Shown: positions 12,547-25,002 of the stretch, piece by piece
Layout: the number at the start of each line of letters is the position of its first letter
Numbering within the stretch: position 1 is the first letter of the stretch
From: Perna viridis
Taxonomy: Eukaryota
Reading direction: 5' to 3'
Assembly: GCA_037379345.1 (NCBI GenBank)
Contig: CM074519.1
Location: 36,792,103-36,856,102 of the forward strand
Length of the DNA stretch: 64,000 nt
Program-made: the position numbers and the translations under genes
Notes under the pieces: model-generated
What the model was told of the DNA's origin: nothing
The model's input: only the letters and a program-made list of their open reading frames with translations
Database searches by the model: none

Positions 12547-15500
12547 TTAACTATCACCGTTTTTAACTCCACTAGAAGCATCCAAATAACTATATCTTTG
12601 TGTTACTGTGTTTTTGTCTTGATGTTGTTTCTGTTCAGTTTTTGAATGACGACCGAATTTGTCATACTTATTTTTATTTTGCTGTTCTACCGTGAATGGT
12701 TCTTTTGGAATAGTTTGAGATAGAGGTCTATCATGGCTACTATTCCAATCATTGTGATAGTTGGTCTTATCGGGCAACTCTCTGTAAGCTTCATGATTAG
12801 GTTTTTGTGACTCGTTGTTTGAGTAATTACTCATCGAATGCGATGCCAATGATAGGTATTTATTCCTCCCATGTGTTTTAATCTGTAAATCGTTTTGTAA
12901 TTGGTCATAACTATTGTTTGGAGATTGTGGACCTAGAGAAAGATATTTATCCGTTTCGTGTCCGTTCGTCTGTTTTAATTGATCATATTGTTCTCGACTT
13001 TCTTTTTCACCAAGAGATTCATAATATCTGTCTTCTATTTCATCGTAGACATCCGAGTGATTAATTGGTTCTTCGTAGCTTAAAGCAGTGATTTGATCAG
13101 TCGGATCATCTCTGAAAAAAAGAAAATACTGTTGCCTGTACCTTGTTTTTGCTATTTCTTTTTTTTTTCAGAAATGAAATATTACTCTTGCATATTTGTA
13201 CTTAAGTTATTAATTGAGATAATAATTGCTGGCTTCTTATAAAGCTATTCCAGAACTGTCAGAAAAATGACAGTAATAAGACAGATTAGAACAGTTCTAC
13301 GAAAGATCTAGAAACAGCTTTTAGTTCACCTCTTGTAGGGAATTAAAGCTCTAGAACGTTTCTAACTCAGTCATATATTGTAGAAATGCAGCTTTACGAG
13401 AAATGTTGCTGTATAATGCAGGTATTGTTATAATAAATCAGTTTTGAGCTATCTGTACTAGAGCTGTCAGAAGAACCCAATCTAGAACTATGACACTTGA
13501 AGAAAGATTCGAAAGGCGATTTCCTTACAGATTATCTGAAAGATCAGAATTTTATCTCCTTTGAGCCTATAACCAGGACAGATTTCCTAATATCTGGTTT
13601 TAGTCGAGTTGATTTTATGACTCACTTTTTGTAAATCCATGTATTTAAAACGACTTCACACTTTACGCAGAACATTAATATATAATATTCAGAAAGAATC
13701 TACAACGTAAAAAAAAATTGAGNNNNNNNNNNNNNNNNNNNNNNNNNNNNNNNNNNNNNNNNNNNNNNNNNNNNNNNNNNNNNNNNNNNNNNNNNNNNNN
13801 NNNNNNNNNNNNNNNNNNNNNNNNNNNNNNNNNNNNNNNNNNNNNNNNNNNNNNNNNNNNNNNNNNNNNNNNNNNNNNNNNNNNNNNNNNNNNNCACTGT
13901 CATTTTATTCCACATTGTCATAAATAGATAATGTCTTGGAATAGAAAAAAACAACGTATATTTACCTAGTTACGTGGTCATTGTTAACCTGTGATTCTTG
14001 TACAGGTGGAGCTTCTGTTTCCGACCGTTTAATCTAGAGGTAATATCATAAGGTAGCTTGCTCATATGTAGTTGGTTAAATGATCACAAAAAAACAATGG
14101 AGTTTAGTCGTTCTTAACGTGTAAACGTCTTGATGAAAAATATATATAGGCTAAATTCATGCCAATGAGATAATGAAGGTTCAAAAACGCCTTGCGATGA
14201 TATGTAACAAGAGAACTAAAAATGGGGCTTTTGACTTGGATAAATATGATAATAAATTAACACGGCTCGCATTTTTTGGCATTTCTAAGCTTCATATATA
14301 AATCTATTTTATGTCTATAACAAACAACTGCATCTATATATCCATAAAACAAAACAAAAAGAACTAGTTATGGGATGAAAACAGTTAAGGACATCATGAC
14401 ACAAATATATACTTTGAGATGTCTTAAGATAGCAACCATTTGATTTTTTTGGGGGTTAGGATGGGGGTTGGATCAAATTTTTCGTCCTGCATATTTTTTG
14501 TATTAAGACTATCATGAATTAATTCTAGCTCCTCTCTAATAAAAATCAAATGGTTGCTCCCTTTTGTTATCTTCATTGATAAAGCACGTATACATATTGC
14601 ATAACCACCTTAGCTTAGCGTAATTAATTAGTGGAACTATTGTAAGAGATCGAAAATCAGGAAATATAAAGCTGGTCATCTTTAATTGATTAAGTACCCT
14701 GTAATCATCCAACGACGAACAACAGCAGCACACTGAAGCCGATATAACAGCAATGATGAATTCTAATGTAGAAAAACTCATTATTACTACCTGTAGGGCT
14801 ACTTGTGGATCAGAGTCTCGCGATAGGGATATCTGAAATTATCATCAATATTAAAAGTACATTTAACAATACATACAGATATAGAATTAATGAGATTTTG
14901 CTTCATAAAATAAATTAATGTGAATATTTTTTTCATTTAAAAGATGAAATGAATTGGTATTCTCTTGTCAAAGTTACATGTGATTTGTTCTTCTAGTGCC
15001 ACATTTCACTTTAGCAATGTTTAAAAGTAGGAGACACTCGGGAACATGATCATTCGTTTATGATGTATAGGAAGTCGGAGTCACTCAAATTCGCTTATTG
15101 TTTCTAATGTAGTTATTTCAATTGTTGGTTGTTTCTGTGCATTTGGTATCACATTTCGTCAATATAATAAATCAAGGAGTACACTGAAAGACCGACCTCA
15201 GGCTGAACTTGACCATTTTATTTATTTATTTTATTTTTTTTGGTCTATGAGGAAATAATTCAATCTCGTGGTGCACACTAAATAATTTGTGTAGCAGGTT
15301 ATTTTCAAGTGTGCACCACGGGCTTTGAGGTTATTTCAATTAGAATGAAAAATACGAAAGCCATTCCTTAAATTAATCATAGTACCAAAACTCGTCGAGA
15401 AAATCAATAAAAAGTTGATGAAGACATATTTACATTACAAAATTTCGTCTATGTGGTGATGGACAAATTTTACTAAAATCAGAAAGCGTGATGCTTTTGA

Positions 15501-17364
15501 AATTAAATTATATGAACTACTTAGTAACTAAAATGTATTTCTTACCGCTATCAAAATTATCAGTTCCATTATAATAATGGCAGGTACAAATAATGCCGCT
15601 CCAAGAATACTGAAAACCATGAAAGCTATTTTCTGTAATAGAACAGAGAAATTAATCTTCAATTTTGTTTTGGTTTTACAAACATTTGTGGCACAAACCC
15701 TCAATGCTTCATTTTGTTGTGGTCTTGAAACTTTTTGAGAAGATATCGATCTGTCCCGGAACTTTTTTAAAGGATACCAATTTGCCCGGTGGCAGTTTTG
15801 TGCTGCCTTTTTGTATTGCGATATACCGGTACCAACTAATCGTCAAGGTAGAGGGAGGTGTAACGCACTGTAAAACCTTATTTAACCAAATATTTCGGAA
15901 ATGCCTGTACCAAGTCATGATCATTGCGGTCGTTCCCAACGTTTCAGTATTTGATATCTTCAATTGTTTCAATGTACATGGAAATGTCCTTCTTTTACAT
16001 CTGCTTGAAATAGAGTGATTCCTATTTCAGTGTAAATCTATGTAGGTTACTGAGTAATATAAATAGCTCTCTAGATAGAAATCTGCTCTATATTATACTA
16101 ATGTGTCCTACTTAACTACCACATAATACCTATGCGATCTTTTGCTTTTTAAGTATGAATAGCATTAACATACCTGGATTTGTATTGAAATTGGAGTAAC
16201 TCCTATCCAATCTGCTGTAACTATTCCTTTTAACCATTGCCTGGAGAGTTAATTTTGTTATGTCACCGGTTGCGTGGGATTCTGTCAGTGTGTGTGTGTT
16301 ATTTTGGTTTCTAATTAAATCATATTCCCTTTTCTTTTCGTAGGATTCTCGGTCATTTCATTTTCGTTTTTCTTATCAAACCTGGCGTGTATCTGGTATC
16401 AATAAAGAAGATTCATCGCCGTACCGATAAAAGTACAATTCAAAGAATCTTCCATGCAAGATAAAAACGGTACAATATGAAGATAAAATGCCAATAATTA
16501 TGTCACAATACATGGTGACTTCCTTACCAATCCTTTCCAAACAGATCTGCGGGACTCGGACATGAAAAGAGGAAATATGCCCGTCAGAATAAACTGTAAT
16601 ATAAGATAAACATGTAATGTAACGTAGTGATATAATTTTAAACCTACAATACGGGTACATTTGTACTTGTATTGTACATGTACATATCGTAGCAAGGTTC
16701 TTTTTTTTTCAACAACTGTGATTTCTTATCCGTCAAGCAAAAATATGCAAAATAAAGAATAGAACGGAAAGCTAATATAAAATTGATAATATAGATTTGA
16801 CAAAAAAAGAATCCAGCTTTAATATACTTTTTTTCAGACGGCTTATATGCATCTTTGCACAAGTACAGGTAGACAAAAAGTTAAAATGGTGGCCCTTGTG
16901 TGATATAGCCTATTAAGGAGTCTAGTGTTGACACGGTATGTGATACAGATTTTGACGTAATATTCAGTATATATTGAACTCTGGTGAAAAGGTATGCGTT
17001 CAGTATGTTGTGTGTACTAGAGAAACTTACATTGTACATGTACATGTAGCATGATTAAACCTGTGGCATATTGTAACAAAATTAGGTCAGTTGGCAAACT
17101 ATTCAAATCAAAATATACTATATTTTAAATATTTACCCAAAAGGACAATGTAAGGCTGCCAGCATCAAGTCCAGTAACTCCTAGTGTAGACATGTGATTC
17201 GACAGACTAATACTGTTTGATATTACACATGTCAAGCCAATAGCACAATGAATCCCCCCAAGCACCCTGAGCACTGGGATACGATGGGGTTGAACATGTG
17301 TGTTACCTGCTACTATAACGACTTGTTTTCCGTTTAACACCACGACATTTTCGCTAGACGCCAT
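12547..17364 (-). CDS. MS4A/CD20-family tetraspan protein with long tyrosine-motif tail, ~382 aa; exons 17137-17364, 16528-16593, 15546-15632, 14698-14832, 13966-14033, 12547-13111
   Basis: All junctions are GT-AG and in frame (1149 nt). MS4A-like features: VLGGIHCAIGLTCVIS (TM1), SFW/FILTGIFPL (TM2), KIAFMVFSILGAALF (TM3), STLEFIIAVISASVCCCC (TM4 plus Cys cluster). The N-gap lies in intron 5. Confidence 0.88.
13723..13894. other. Assembly gap (N run)
   Basis: Run of N characters. Confidence 1.
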
Positions 17365-18527
17365 TTTTTCATTAACATATATACAATAGATGGTGAGTTC
17401 TGAAATGTAAAGCATTCTTGGGGCTCTTAAGCGTCTTAGGAAATCTGCAGTACAAAATGTAACAATATGGAGGTTGTTTTAATGTCACAACAAACGAAAA
17501 CTACACCATAGGACTAACGAACTGTCAGATTATCATTAATGCGGATTAATTGTTTTAATGGTGTACACTGGAATTTATAGTGAATAAACCCTGAGTTTTG
17601 CATGTAAATATCTCATTTTTAACTACTCGTGGAATGGCAGGGTAGTTAAAATAAGTGTTAAGATATCTTTAAATTTTGCTGACTAAAGAATACGAAATAG
17701 GAATTCCACATTTAAGTAAGATTATACGGTTGTTTAATTTTTAAACAAAATATTGTTAGTCCTTTCCACTTCTCTGCGCTAACAGTCTTTTGCTGAAGTG
17801 GATTCGGACTTACGGAATGGGCTTGAATTCCCCGACATCCAAATTTTCTAAACTTCACAAACTAATGGTGTATTTTCCACCCCTTTTTAATGCTAACTTT
17901 ACATTACTCGCCATTTTGCAGTAGCGGGTTCAGAGATTTAATAAAAATTTGTCCTCAAGAAAATAGTAAAAGCATTTTGCGTTCATAATATAATCCTAAA
18001 TAAAGAAATAACAAATCGCTTGATTAATTTGATTATCATGTGCAATTGTTGTCGGTGTAATATTTTTTAAAGATTTAAACATAAAAATTATAATAAAAAA
18101 GAAAACTGTATTCATAATAGGGTTCGGGCATCGCGGGACTCCCGTTGTTTCCGCCTATGGTTTTGCTATCACTTGTACACAATACACACTAATAATAAGG
18201 TACTCTCCTTCTGTTATTAAACGATTCATAGAATTAAGATTAAGTTATCATAATAATATAATGACTTGAAAAATATGAATATGTAAAGGATAGAGTATCA
18301 TATTAAACTTTTATCTTACCATCATCATTCTGTAGCCATTTCCAATCCCACAAACAACATAATACCCCGGATGTGATGAAACATCTTACCGTAAGTGAAC
18401 ACATCCTGTTGTCACCTTTATATCAACATTTTTTTTCCACTCGAACGAGCCTGATTTCCAGATTACATATCCACCCACAATTAACATTTTATTCGTTTTT
18501 TATATCTTTTTTATAGCATAATGTCTA

Positions 18528-18853
18528 ATTGTTTTGGGAGTTTAATTAATTTCTTGTGCTTTTTGTACTGATTTTAGGTGTGTTTAATTGTGTGATATCT
18601 TCCTACAGCGGTCAGATTTAAAATAGGGGGGGGTGATCACACCAAAGTACCTTAACCCTGCCGCATTTTTTGTGCCTGTCCCAAGTCAGGAATTTCTGGC
18701 CTCTGTCTTGTTTTGTTTTCACTTTCAGTTTTCTGTTGGAGTCTGTAATGACAACTATTTCGTTGAACTAGTGTATAATGTTGTTTCGGGGCCCAGGTGC
18801 AGCCTGCACTCTGGTGGGAGGATTTCCGCGTCGTTCACTAAACAATGGATGAC
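18528..18853 (+). repeat. ~325-bp interspersed repeat; inverted copy at ~22301-22634
   Basis: Near-identical reverse complements with the same boundaries. Contains the core tgcctgtcccaagtcagga, with a variant near 15903. Confidence 0.9.
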
Positions 18854-20111
18854 ATTTTTCATTCCGGTAGTGTTGCTGTTGCTTTGACATATTCACCATA
18901 TGCATTATCGTTGTATACATGCAGATGTTTACTTTTTGCAAACAAGTTTCCATTTTTGCTACATGAAAGTATCTCTTAACAAGGAACATTTTAATTTGTT
19001 TCATGCCCTTAATCTGTTGCTAAATCAAGCCTTAGACTATGTTTTGATCTTTACAAACTATTGACTCATTGTAAATCAATGGATCACTCTCAATTTTAAT
19101 TTGTCTCGTTCAAAATAATCCTTCCATTTGTTTGTTCGATTGATTGTTTTTATGCTTTTGTTTTGTTTTGTTGTTTTTTTTCGTTTTTTTCTTTTCGTTC
19201 CTTTCTTTTAGTTCTGTTTTGTTTGTACGTGTAAAAGATCCATACCACACACACATAAAAACTAGAATTTAGTACTGATATTCTTAAAAGAAAAAAACAT
19301 GTTCCAATAAGTTGGCTGAACATGGATAGGTATTTATTATTATTATTATTATTATTTTGGTAGGTTAATGTACATTTTTTGGACAAAAGCAATTTGTCAA
19401 AATTACACAATCCAATCCACTACTTACTCTAACATATACCTTGGCAACTGTAAAGTATATGGGTAAAAATGATTGCTAGTTATTCATAACATATTATGCG
19501 AATCTATATTATTGGTATTGTATTATAGTCTAACAACTTTAATGGATATAATTCATTCAGTAGTGATTTGACAGAAATGAACTAAGTATTAAGCACATGA
19601 TACAGCAAAATTCATCCATAGATAATGAAAATGTAGATGTAAAACTACACAAAATAAAAAAAAATGGTAGCAAGGCAATAACATAATTATATCATTCCCA
19701 TATTAAGGTAAGATACTTAAGTACTTCTCAGTCTACGAATCAGGCAAAATGTGCATAGGGTGTGGCACATGAAGAAAAAAACCAGAGATTTTATATCATT
19801 GTCCAAGTATTCATACCTCATAACCTCCAGAAATAATCATCAAAGTGTTTGTAAAGTTTGTATTTTTAAGATATTTTTTGATTGGCTAAATTTTGTTGAA
19901 ATGCACTATAATAGATAAATGGCGGGAACATTTCCATCACTTTTTCCCAATATAAGCAGTCAACAAACTATCTATTTCATAGATGCTTCAGAATTAATTA
20001 AAGTACTTTTTTCGATTGTTATCTAGATGTATTGAATGTATTTGAGGCATTAAAGACGAAATTGGGAAAATGATGTGCCAAATATTGCCTGATTTTTACA
20101 CTGAATATTAC

Positions 20112-21767
20112 TTAATATTGTGCTTTTACACAGACTTTGAGCTTAGAGTCGAAAACCTGCTCGGCGGAATTTTCTTCATAAGAACACTTTCCTTGGAATA
20201 CTACTCTCTGTGATCGACAGATGGCAAAATAAGGTGACCCTTCCCTTCCCGACCATGGGTTTAGGCCATCCGGAAGTCCTCGGCATGATGGATAACGGAT
20301 GTTACAAGGTATACAGTGTGATTTTGAGCAGTGATTCTCCGAGTATTCACCTGTAGTGACGAAATAACACAATGCATGTATACCAGGCTGATTAACATGT
20401 AAAAAGATGAGGTAATAAACCAGTCTGTGAGAGAGGATAAGGTTGGAGAATGATACGGTTAATTGCTGCAATTACCAAGCCAGATATTACTGAAATGGCT
20501 TGTCTTAATTGAGAAAACAATTGAATTACTTAATTGCAGAACTGATTTTATGAGAATACGAATTAAGATGGCAGCTTTCTTCCTTTGTAAACGCAGAGTT
20601 TTATGTTTTGTCATGAGAAAGTAAATAAAAAAAATAACTACTCACATGGATCTAGTGGTTCGTATCTTGTTCCACACTTGACAACACCTGGCATCTCACA
20701 CTTTAGTGTCTCAGTATTAAAGAGCTTAGGGTAAGGGCATTCAAGGGAAGATGCTGTGAGCATTGGTGAACACAAGATGTGTCTAGCGCAATTACTAGAA
20801 ACTGGATACAGTCCTGGCTTCCGGCAGTGTATTATGGGTGTTGTTGGTGTTTGGACGGTAGTAGGTTGTGTGGTCGGCATCAATTGATTTACAATACCCT
20901 TTGTAATATTTTGCTTATGTGAACCTAGAAATATAATGGAAACATAAAAAGGCATACATGTGTTACTATATCTATACAGTTCATCTATTTGTACCAAATC
21001 TAATACAAATGTACATATCGGGTCAGGTCTGGAGCGGATCCAGAATTTCAGGTTAAAAAAGGTCGTAAATAGAATTAAAAGTCGAGCAAAGCGAGGAAAG
21101 AAAACTATGGGAGTAGAGTATTAGAAAAATCAACATTTCACGCATGTCTTTTTTCTCAATATTACGAGGGGTCATACGTAAGGTCCCGTCCCATTTGAAT
21201 ACACACCTGGTTGCACTGTTATTTATTTTGAATAAACTGCGTCAAGTTGTAAATTTACTGGGTATCAACGTCTTTATATTATGCTTGTTTGTAACTATTT
21301 ATACAAATGTCAACACATAATATATCATAGTAAAATTTAGGAATTAAAAAAAAGATCATTTTAGACTTATTTTATTTTCCTTTGCTTTAGTTAAAGATGT
21401 AAGTTCGTTATAATTCCAGTTCAAAATTCAAATTTAATAAATCTTATTTTGGCTTTTAAATGTTTAATCTCCATAACGCTATAAGATGAACATCATGCAC
21501 CATTGGATAAAACATTAATAACTTCACCAAAAATTTATACTCACAACTGTCAATAGATGTTCCAGCCTTTACACATAGTCTGTACTGTATATTAGCCACC
21601 GTTCCAGCCTGGCATACATACTTCAACCTTTCACCTTCAGAACACAGGTAGAAGACTTTACAGTCTTTAGGGTCGGGTATCCATTCTGACGGGGAGTCGG
21701 TACAAAGTGAATAAGTAACAAGTATGTGTGATGATACTAATAGTAAAAAGAGTGATGTCCGAACCAT
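20112..21767 (-). CDS. Secreted chitin-binding type-2 (peritrophin-like) protein, ~246 aa; exons 21545-21767, 20646-20924, 20112-20350
   Basis: Signal peptide MVRTSLFLLLVSSHILVTYS. ChtBD2-like Cys patterns (DPKDCKVFYLC...VCQAGTV; CARHILC...CPYPKLFN...C), a Thr/Pro linker and PSCRGLPDGLNPW. Phase-1 introns each rebuild a TGT codon; total 741 nt. Confidence 0.9.
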
Positions 21768-22300
21768 TATTTTGTTATTGTAAATTTTAACAATTAGTAA
21801 TTCACATATAAATTAAACTCTTGTAGTATTTTAAAGCCTAAGACGTTATTCCTTATGCGGTGTGCTTTACAATACAATTATTCCAATTGAATTATCTTCT
21901 ACGGCTGAATTTATAAACAAAATTATGTTGATCAATTTCAGCATTTGTTTATATTTAGTCAGTTCGGATTACTTAAACCAAACAAATGATAAACTTAGCA
22001 GATTACGACCTACGTCCTAATGATTGTTGACATCGTCCGCTAATTTGGAACTCAAGTCCATATCAATTCAGGAATTAGGTGGTCAAGCCCCCAAGAATCA
22101 ATGACTACTTTGTTAGAACATTGTTAGGTGACCAAGTTGTTCATGTCATTACTTCCAAGTTCAAAATAAAATCTGAAAAATTAAGGAAGGAGACGTCTGC
22201 TGTACTATTCTACTCAGACTTTGACGTTAGGATTGTCAACGCATATTTATTCCAAATGGAAACAATGTTATAATAATGTATGTTCTGCAGTATTATATTT

Positions 22301-22634
22301 GGCCATCCATTGTTTAATGAACGACGAGGAAACCCTCCCACCAGAGTGCAGGCTGCAGCTGGACCCCGAAACAACATTATACACAAGTTCAACGAAATAG
22401 TTGTCCTTACAGACTCCCAAAGAAAACTGAAAGTGAAAACAAAACAAGACAGAGGCCAGAAATTCCTGACTTGGGACAGGCGCAAAAATGCAGCAGGCTA
22501 AAGTAGTTTGGTGTGATCACAACCCCCCCCCCCTTATTTTAAATCTGACAACTGAAGGAAAATATCACACAATTAAACACACCTGAAATCAGTACAAAAA
22601 GTACAAGAAAATTCCTTAAACTCCCAAAACAATT
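22301..22634 (-). repeat. Inverted copy of the 18528-18853 repeat
   Basis: Reverse-complement match; flanked by a possible 8-bp direct repeat ttatattt. Confidence 0.9.
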
Positions 22635-25002
22635 TATATTTTATTATTGGATCTTGACTGTCCTAACTATTAGTTATAATGCTACTGATGAGATTTTATT
22701 CCTTGAAACACGAGAACACAATAGCGAATTTGCAATATTGATTGGATAGGTATTTTGGTAAAATTTGCAATATTATTGCAAGGTAAAAACTTATTTGATT
22801 TTGTAAAAACTATTGCATATGAAATATCTTTACTGCTGACGCCTAAGTTCATAAATACAATATGATCATAACGTAGTTTTCTACTTCCAATTTCTGATCG
22901 ATTTTTTTGGCATAGAATATTCTAATATTTTCAGTGTAGAGGTCTTTGTGTGTACAGAATAAGTTTCAGTTCCAGTAATTCAAGTAACATTTTTTTGCGG
23001 CATCATGTGCTAGTTTTAAAATACATGTATAACTAGAACTTTGTCGTGTTACAGTCTACATTGTGTATGTAAACTACAAGTATACACCTCTCTAGCGCAT
23101 TCAATGATCGCTTGGTTGGTATTTATGTTTAACGACATTATAATAACTACTATTTACATGACGACTTGTTTCCTTTCCAAGAATGATACCATGTCTGGAC
23201 CTGCGTCACCATTAATGAATTGCCAGTATTTTTCCCCGTAATGATAGGTACATATCTTCAGTATGTGTACGAACTATGTACAAAGTTTGAATGATGATGG
23301 TTCAATGATTTTGAAGAATCGTGACGAACATATTTGAACGGTTTCTACACCTGCTTTCGCCGTTGGTATTCAAACGGAGGTAAAACGTATGATGTATATG
23401 TATGCTTCAAATTTAAATTTAAATTTTAAATTGTATGAACAGTCATGCACCCGAGTACCTCATAAACTTTACATATACCACCAGGTAATTTCTGCGTTAG
23501 CAGCATATGCCTATCCAAATTTTTTGAAATATTGTACACAATACATGTATGTTAATAAATATGTAATTTCATATTGACCTTGTTATAGGTTTGAGTTGGT
23601 TTTTGATACAAATATGATATCCTATGTCCGTTTGTTTGTTCGTCACACTTTTGGTTTCTGAACGATATTTAAAAATCAAGCTCAACGGCTAGCTATTTTC
23701 ACATTTTGATATATTGCTATGAAAAATACATTTCAGGTCTAGGTCGATTTCATTATTGTATTTTGTGTTGTCAGTTTACAGCCATACAGGATGCAGCTCT
23801 TTTATGGAGTTTTTCTTTTTTTTTCAGAATTAAGTATTGGATATATTTGTATTTATTATTACATATTAACAATCTGTTAAAAGTTTTTTTTTATCAGTCA
23901 AGTCAATCGATAAGCGTCATCCCTTTTTCCGAACGAACATACCGTTCAACCTTTAATTTCAAGTTGGCACTAATGTGCCTCGACGAAGAAAGATAAAAAA
24001 ATGTACAAAATCGTCAATTTTATCAAATTGACACGGTGCCTTAAGGTACATGTATTACATTTTTATTAGGAACACCTCACTGCCAAACAATTTCACCACT
24101 GATTTTTAACATGGCGGGTTGCCAATACTCTAGAATTTCCACTTTACATATTATGTGACAAACAAACAAACAAACAAAAAAGACGAAAAACGCCTACTAA
24201 GTCACTATATGTAGAATTAATTGGAAAGTTTTCAAAGAAACAAATGTATAAAATGTCAAAGTGTGTATATTTTTAATTTTTGACTTGTTTCTTTGGTTTT
24301 TGGTTTTTTTGTTTTAGTAGGGAAATCTTTGGCTTGTCAGTCTCGTCGTAAGTAAAAAGACAAAATTCCATTGAATTCATTGATGCCACTTTCAAGGAGA
24401 AATACGTATAAAACTAGTGTGTATTACATGCTAAGATGCATGGACCCCTTCCTTCCGAAAAACCCACTCCTCAACCAAATATAATGACTGGGGTAAACGG
24501 TGGATTTTGCAAGCACTTCGTCTAGAGCTACATTTTTTACAAGTTAAGAAAATTATGAATAAACAGGTACGTCGGTCATCGTAGAGGGGGAGCTTCCCAT
24601 TGAGGGTTTCTTATTGTACCTGTGTATACATTTGTTTACATTGCATCACTGCGATTTATACTGATGTTAATGATCTGTTTTATTGATTTAGAAAGAGTAA
24701 CCAAGGGAAATAAGATTTTAGCGGAAATCAAAGGTATGTAAATCAGGGACAAAGACCAGACATGTAAAACAGATAAACACAACAAAGAACATAAAGTAAC
24801 TAAATTCACACGAAGACACAGAAGTAAATGAGCAACTCGGACTCCACTAAAAACTGGGAGCATGGACCAGATACACCGGTAGGGTAAGCATCCTCAGCTA
24901 GTTACACAACCAGTTTGTGACAATTTAGATCAATGCTATCATAATACATGAAATAATAGTTCCTCAATACATTTATTACTGTCGTGTTAAACTATGTATC
25001 AT

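Larger units (their letters stand above)
1..13050. repeat. ~7.6-kb tandem segmental duplication (1-5443 aligns to 7587-13050)
   Basis: Sequence from position 1 (gttccattttatctacttta) recurs at 7587. Identity is high, with scattered SNPs and small indels (e.g. an extra ~35 bp near 8837-8870). The alignment stops after ...catcgtagac (5443 / 13050). Paired ORFs in the track are offset by ~7587-7604. Confidence 0.97.

Noticed and set aside
13700-13954. ORFs spanning the N run
   Set aside because: Artefacts of the assembly gap.
18528-22634. Inverted repeats flanking the chitin-binding gene as TIRs of a Pack-type transposon
   Set aside because: No TSD outside the pair. The right copy appears to have its own direct repeat (ttatattt), and the core motif occurs elsewhere (~15903), so independent insertions are more likely.
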